The notes below the pieces were generated by a model. It worked only from the letters and a program-made list of their open reading frames with translations, was not told the origin of the DNA and made no database searches. The translations under genes and the position numbers were made by a program. Of a stretch of 35,994 nucleotides of DNA, positions 30,728 through 35,994 are shown in pieces (the stretch's first letter is position 1; every line of letters begins with the position of its first letter). The stretch is from sequence record SRR22947725_3536; one strand, written 5' to 3'.

Positions 30728-31204
30728 TTACAAGTATTCAACTTTTAGAATTTCGAACGTTTTTAATCCTCCTGGAGATTCAAACTCCACAATATCTTCA
30801 ATTTGCTTTCCAATGAGAGCTTTTGCAAGCGGAGAACTAATAGAGATTTTTTTTTCTTTTATATCTGCTTCATCATCCCCAACAATCTGATATGTAACCT
30901 CACTTTCAGAATCAAGGTCTTGAATGACAACAGTTGTTCCAAATACACATCTGCCATCCTTTTGAAGTTCTTTTGGATCAATGATAATACAATTTGATAG
31001 CTTTGCTTCAATATCAGCAATTCTTCCCTCAATGAATCCTTGTTTTTCTTTTGCAGCATCATATTCTGCGTTTTCAGAAAGATCTCCCTGGGCTCTAGCC
31101 TCTGCAATGGCTGTGATAACCTCTGGTCTTTCTACACTCTTTAAGAGTTTTAATTCCTCTTTAAGTTTTTCTGAACCATTGATTGTGATGGGTGTTTTAT
31201 CCAA
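30728..31204 (-). CDS. greA: Transcription elongation factor GreA
   Basis: [18 protein letters not shown] and [14 protein letters not shown] motifs. TTG start with AGGA upstream. Confidence 0.97.
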   Translation of the reverse strand: MDKTPITINGSEKLKEELKLLKSVERPEVITAIAEARAQGDLSENAEYDAAKEKQGFIEGRIADIEAKLSNCIIIDPKELQKDGRCVFGTTVVIQDLDSESEVTYQIVGDDEADIKEKKISISSPLAKALIGKQIEDIVEFESPGGLKTFEILKVEYL

Positions 31205-31260
31205 AGTACTTCCTATTTATCAAATTTATAATTGAATATTTATTATGATTTGAGTTTATT

Positions 31261-34200
31261 TTAAGAGAGGTTTTTATGCAAGCTCTGTAATGATGTCACA
31301 GATATTTCATCTGCATAACTCATTCCAACGCACGCAGCTTTTGCTCCTGCTAGAGTGGTGTAATAGGTAATTTTATTCTGAAGGGCATTTCTTCTAATTT
31401 CATAAGAATCTTTAATTGCCTGTTTATCCTCAGTTATATTAACAATCAAATCTATTTCATCATTCTTAATCATATCCACAATGTGCGGTCTACCCTCCGC
31501 TACTTTATTCACATACTGAACATCAAGATTATTTTGAGTTAAAACTTTTGCTGTACCTTTTGTTGCAGCAAGAGAAAACCCTAACTTTTTAAGCGCATGA
31601 GCAACGTCAACTATTTTTTCATGATCTTCTTTTCTTACACTAATGAAAGCTGTGCCTTTTTTTGGAAGAATCATTGAAGCTCCCATTTGCGATTTAATAA
31701 ATGCTTCTGCAAATGAAGCACCAACCCCCATGACTTCCCCAGTTGATTTCATTTCCGGTCCCAAAATTACATCAACGCCTGGAAATTTGATAAAGGGGAA
31801 TACAGCTTCTTTCACCGAGAAAAATTTTGGCTTAACTTCTTCTGTAAATTGAAGTGCCTCTAACGATTCACCTGCCATACATCTAGCAGCAATTTTTGCC
31901 AGTGGCTTGCCAATAGCTTTTGAAACAAAGGGTACTGTTCTAGAAGCTCGCGGGTTAACTTCTAATACATAAATATCATCTCCTTGTAGAGCAAATTGAA
32001 CATTCATCAGCCCCTTGACGTTCAACTTTAATGCCATTTTTTTTGTTTGAGATATCAATTCAGCTTGTTTTTTTTCATCAATACTATACGGAGGTAATGA
32101 GCAAGCAGAGTCTCCTGAATGAACTCCGGCTTGTTCAATGTGCTCCATTATTCCGCCTACCACCACTGAACTCCCATCCGAAATAGCATCAATATCAACC
32201 TCGATAGCATCATTTAAAAAACGATCTAAAAGGACTGGTGAGTCATGAGAAACTTTAACAGCCTCCCTCATATATCTTTCTAAATCTTCTTGTTCATGGA
32301 CAATTTCCATAGCCCTTCCTCCCAGCACATAGCTTGGACGAACAACCAGTGGATATCCAATTTCTTCAGCAAGTTTAACAGCCTCCGCAGGGGCTCTGGC
32401 AGTCCTATTAGGTGGCTGTTTTAAACCAAGATCATTTAATATTTTTTGAAATTTTTCTCTATCCTCTGCTGCATCGATATCTTCAGGTAATGTTCCAATA
32501 ATTGGCACCCCAGCATCAGCTAAAGATTTAGCAAGCTTAAGCGGTGTTTGTCCCCCATACTGAACAACAACACCAAACGGATTTTCCTTATGGACAATCT
32601 CTAAGACGTCCTCTAAGGTAACCGATTCAAAATACAAACGATCAGAAATATCATAATCGGTTGACACTGTTTCTGGATTGCAATTAACCATAATAGTTTC
32701 ATAGCCAGCTTCTTTAAGAGCAAGAGAAGCATGCACGCAGCAATAATCAAATTCTATCCCTTGACCAATTCTGTTTGGCCCTCCACCAAGTATCATTATT
32801 TTTTTATTTAACGTAGGATCAGACTCACATTCCTCTTCATAAGTTGAATATAAATATGCAGTATCAGTGTGAAATTCTGCGGCACATGTATCAACACGTT
32901 TATAGACAGGGTGGATATGATTTTTAATTCTCAGATCTCGAACTTCTTTTTCGGTAGCCCCTAAAAGGTATCCGATGCGATGATCAGAAAATCCTTTTTG
33001 TTTGAGTGTATAAAGATTAGATTTGTCTAGTGACGCAAGATTAGATTTTTTTAATTCTTGCTCGCTAAAAATTAAATCTTGAATTTGATGTAAAAACCAA
33101 GGATCAATTTTCGTAAAACTAAATATTTCATCTACCTTACACCCAAGCCTCATTGCATCGGCTAAGTATCTCAACCTGTCAGAACCAGGCTCTTTTAATT
33201 CTTTAATTATATTTTTTTTATCTGAAGAAATTTCATTTAAACCATCGTATCCAAGCTCAAGTCCCCTTAACGCTTTTTGTAAGGATTCTTGAAAACTTCT
33301 TCCAATTGCCATAACTTCACCAACAGATTTCATTTGCGTCGTTAAAAGCGGATCTGCATTGGGGAATTTTTCGAAAGCAAACCGTGGTATTTTTGTTACT
33401 ACATAATCAATTGTTGGTTCAAATGATGCCGGCGTTAGTCCGCCTGTAATCTCATTACTCAATTCATCTAAAGTATAGCCAACCGCTAATTTAGCTGCAA
33501 TCTTTGCAATAGGAAACCCTGTGGCTTTTGACGCAAGGGCTGATGATCTTGACACGCGAGGATTCATTTCAATAACTACCATTCGACCATCATCCGGATT
33601 AATAGCAAACTGAACATTTGAGCCACCAGTATCAACACCAATTTCTCTTAAAACGGCAATCGAAGCATTCCTCAAAATTTGGTACTCTTTATCCGTCAAC
33701 GTTTGAGCGGGGGCAACCGTAATTGAATCTCCCGTATGAACACCCATGGGATCAAGATTTTCGATTGAGCAAATAATGATGCAATTATCTTTTGAATCTC
33801 GAACAACCTCCATTTCAAATTCTTTCCAACCCAGTAATGATTCTTCAATAAGCAACTCTTTCGTTGGTGAAGCCTCAAGACCCCTTTCACAAATCGTGAT
33901 AAATTCCTCTTTGTTATAAGCAATACCGCCGCCACTTCCCCCCATAGTAAATGATGGCCTTATAATTGCTGGATAACCAATACCTGCTTGAACTTGCATG
34001 GCCTCCTCAAGGCTATGTGCGATGGCAGATTTTGCCGATGATAAGCCTATCTTACTCATTGCCTGTTTAAAAAGCTGCCTATCTTCTGCTTTATCAATTG
34101 CTTCTTTTGAAGCACCAATTAGCTCAACATTTAAACTCTCTAAAACACCATGTTTATCTAGATCTAATGCACAATTAAGTGCTGTTTGCCCACCCATTGT

Positions 34201-34464
34201 GGGTAATAAAGCATCAGGCTTTTCAATTTCAATAATCTTTTTCACTACCTCCCATTTAATTGGCTCAATGTAAGTAGCATCAGCGACATTTGGGTCTGTC
34301 ATAATCGTTGCTGGGTTTGAATTTACTAGAATAACGCGATAGCCCTCTTCTTTTAAAGCTTTGCATGCTTGTGCGCCTGAATAATCAAATTCACAGGCTT
34401 GCCCAATAATAATCGGTCCTGCTCCAATAATTAAAATTGATTTTATGTCTGACCTCTTACTCAA
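31261..34464 (-). CDS. carB: Carbamoyl-phosphate synthase large subunit
   Basis: [17 protein letters not shown], duplicated ATP-grasp halves and a C-terminal MGS-like domain. TTG start overlapping the carA TGA. Confidence 0.98.
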   Translation of the reverse strand: MSKRSDIKSILIIGAGPIIIGQACEFDYSGAQACKALKEEGYRVILVNSNPATIMTDPNVADATYIEPIKWEVVKKIIEIEKPDALLPTMGGQTALNCALDLDKHGVLESLNVELIGASKEAIDKAEDRQLFKQAMSKIGLSSAKSAIAHSLEEAMQVQAGIGYPAIIRPSFTMGGSGGGIAYNKEEFITICERGLEASPTKELLIEESLLGWKEFEMEVVRDSKDNCIIICSIENLDPMGVHTGDSITVAPAQTLTDKEYQILRNASIAVLREIGVDTGGSNVQFAINPDDGRMVVIEMNPRVSRSSALASKATGFPIAKIAAKLAVGYTLDELSNEITGGLTPASFEPTIDYVVTKIPRFAFEKFPNADPLLTTQMKSVGEVMAIGRSFQESLQKALRGLELGYDGLNEISSDKKNIIKELKEPGSDRLRYLADAMRLGCKVDEIFSFTKIDPWFLHQIQDLIFSEQELKKSNLASLDKSNLYTLKQKGFSDHRIGYLLGATEKEVRDLRIKNHIHPVYKRVDTCAAEFHTDTAYLYSTYEEECESDPTLNKKIMILGGGPNRIGQGIEFDYCCVHASLALKEAGYETIMVNCNPETVSTDYDISDRLYFESVTLEDVLEIVHKENPFGVVVQYGGQTPLKLAKSLADAGVPIIGTLPEDIDAAEDREKFQKILNDLGLKQPPNRTARAPAEAVKLAEEIGYPLVVRPSYVLGGRAMEIVHEQEDLERYMREAVKVSHDSPVLLDRFLNDAIEVDIDAISDGSSVVVGGIMEHIEQAGVHSGDSACSLPPYSIDEKKQAELISQTKKMALKLNVKGLMNVQFALQGDDIYVLEVNPRASRTVPFVSKAIGKPLAKIAARCMAGESLEALQFTEEVKPKFFSVKEAVFPFIKFPGVDVILGPEMKSTGEVMGVGASFAEAFIKSQMGASMILPKKGTAFISVRKEDHEKIVDVAHALKKLGFSLAATKGTAKVLTQNNLDVQYVNKVAEGRPHIVDMIKNDEIDLIVNITEDKQAIKDSYEIRRNALQNKITYYTTLAGAKAACVGMSYADEISVTSLQSLHKNLS

Positions 34465-35603
34465 TTTTTATCCTTGAATTGTTTAACTGTTAATATAAAT
34501 TTATCAAAAAGATAGGACATCTCTGTCGGACCTGGACTTGCCTCGGGATGACCTTGAAAACCGAATGCTGGAACATCAGTTCTTTCAATCCCTTGGATAC
34601 TTTTATCAAATAATGATAAGTGCGTAACTGTTAAATTTTTTGGTAAAGATTTTGGATTAACTGAAAAACCATGGTTTTGGCTTGTTATAAATATTTTTCC
34701 TGATTCTAAATCACGAACTGGATGATTAGCTCCGTGATGGCCAAATTTCATTTTTTCTGTTTGAGCCCCACTTGCTAAGGCCAAAAGCTGATGTCCTAAA
34801 CAAATACCAAAAATAGGAATTTTCTTTTTTAAGAGACCTTTAATGCTTTCAATTGCATATTTACACGGTTCAGGATCACCTGGGCCATTTGACAAAAATA
34901 TACCATCGGGCTTAAGTGCGAGGACATCTTCAATACTTGTTGTAGCTGGAACAACAGTCACCTTGCACCCTCTCGATACAAACATTCTCAATATATTTTT
35001 CTTTATTCCAAAGTCATAAGCAATAATATTGTAGGTTTGTTTAACTATAGATTCAAAACCTATCCCAAGTTTCCATTCCCCCTCTTTAAAAATATATTGA
35101 GTTTTTGAGGTCACTTTTTTTGCAAGATCTGATCCTAGTAGACCAGGAAAATCTTGTGCCATTTTGAGGGCGTGGTCATCATCAAAATTTTCGCCTGCTA
35201 AAATACAACCAGGTTGTGCTCCATGGGTCCTCAAATGCTTAGTTAATCTCCTCGTATCAATTCCTGCAATAGCTACAATATTTTTTTCTTTTAAAAAATC
35301 TGAAAGAGAACAATGGGATCTAAAGTTTGAATGTTGGAAGGGTAAATCACGAATGACAATACCTTTTGAATAAATATTATCTGATTCAAAATCCTCATCA
35401 TTAATTCCAACATTACCAATATGAGGGTAGGTAAAAGATATGATTTGATCAGCATATGAGGGATCTGAAATTATTTCTTGATAACCTGTCATCGAGGTAT
35501 TAAAAACAACCTCTCCAACTGTATGCCCTGAAACACCAATTGAAAATCCTCGAAACTTTGTTCCGTCCGCTAGCACAAGTATGGCCGGCAAATTAGACGC
35601 CAA
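34461..35603 (-). CDS. carA: Carbamoyl-phosphate synthase small subunit (start probably the TTG at 35603; 35615 possible)
   Basis: [22 protein letters not shown], catalytic GICLGHQ and [16 protein letters not shown] lies just upstream of the TTG at 35603. Confidence 0.96.
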   Translation of the reverse strand: MASNLPAILVLADGTKFRGFSIGVSGHTVGEVVFNTSMTGYQEIISDPSYADQIISFTYPHIGNVGINDEDFESDNIYSKGIVIRDLPFQHSNFRSHCSLSDFLKEKNIVAIAGIDTRRLTKHLRTHGAQPGCILAGENFDDDHALKMAQDFPGLLGSDLAKKVTSKTQYIFKEGEWKLGIGFESIVKQTYNIIAYDFGIKKNILRMFVSRGCKVTVVPATTSIEDVLALKPDGIFLSNGPGDPEPCKYAIESIKGLLKKKIPIFGICLGHQLLALASGAQTEKMKFGHHGANHPVRDLESGKIFITSQNHGFSVNPKSLPKNLTVTHLSLFDKSIQGIERTDVPAFGFQGHPEASPGPTEMSYLFDKFILTVKQFKDKN

Positions 35604-35671
35604 AAAAACTCCCAAGGTTAAATTGTTATTTGATAATGAACGGGTAAATTTTCTTACATCCGATCCAAGCT

Positions 35672-35700
35672 AGTATAATTTAATCTAATACTTTCTTCAA
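35672..35700 (-). promoter_or_regulatory. Putative sigma-70 promoter for carAB(-greA)
   Basis: Minus strand TTGAAG-N17-TATACT. Confidence 0.6.
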
Positions 35701-35730
35701 TTACTTCTTCTTTAAAAATTCAAATTAAAC

Positions 35731-35994
35731 TTATTTTTTGAGATTTAATACATCAAACATATCGAATAGACCATGCGTTTGCTTTTTTAAAAATTTAGCA
35801 GCTTTAATAGCGCCCTTAGAGAAAGTTGTTCTACTTCCCGCTTTATGCGTTAATTCAATTCGTTCTCCATCCCCCGCAAAAAGAACAGTATGATCACCAA
35901 CAATGTCACCGCCACGAATAACTGAAAAACCAATGTCACCCTTTTCTCGGGCTTTTTGAATGCCTTCCCGACTATAGACAGCATTGTCTTTTAG
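35731..35994 (-). CDS. dapB: 4-hydroxy-tetrahydrodipicolinate reductase, 3' part
   Basis: Manual translation gives ...[51 protein letters not shown]...[13 protein letters not shown]. dapB-carA synteny. Confidence 0.95.
   Translation of the reverse strand, partial: LKDNAVYSREGIQKAREKGDIGFSVIRGGDIVGDHTVLFAGDGERIELTHKAGSRTTFSKGAIKAAKFLKKQTHGLFDMFDVLNLKK

Noticed and set aside
1-35994. Mobile elements, CRISPR, RNA genes or a defence island
   Set aside because: Almost all of the window is accounted for by recognisable housekeeping genes. The spacers are short and show no such signatures.

Overview
This is an AT-rich, very tightly packed core-genome window. Gene content and order suggest a streamlined betaproteobacterium, plausibly Methylophilaceae such as OM43 or Ca. 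Methylopumilus (inference, not verified). In order it holds: lepA (partial), a degP/mucD-type protease, rseB, rseA, rpoE; nadB, slyD and a RimB-like protease-RimK fusion; suhB; trmJ, cysE, iscR, a second cysteine desulfurase, iscSUA, hscBA, fdx; a putative porin, beta-carbonic anhydrase, lysS, prfB (+1 programmed frameshift); pstSCAB; glmM, folP, ftsH, rlmE; yhbY; a DUF4149-like protein, greA, carB, carA; dapB (partial). I saw no rRNA, tRNA, CRISPR array, prophage, IS element or defence island, and I cannot support a wholly new multi-gene system here. The best leads are: (1) an uncharacterised porin with a Pho box matching the pstS Pho box at 16/18 positions, predicting a non-PhoE/OprP phosphate-starvation porin; (2) a one-gene protease-glutamate ligase fusion; (3) tandem cysteine desulfurases under IscR control; (4) several regulatory oddities, including many TTG starts, an SD-burying hairpin abutting folP, and a carA leader hairpin.
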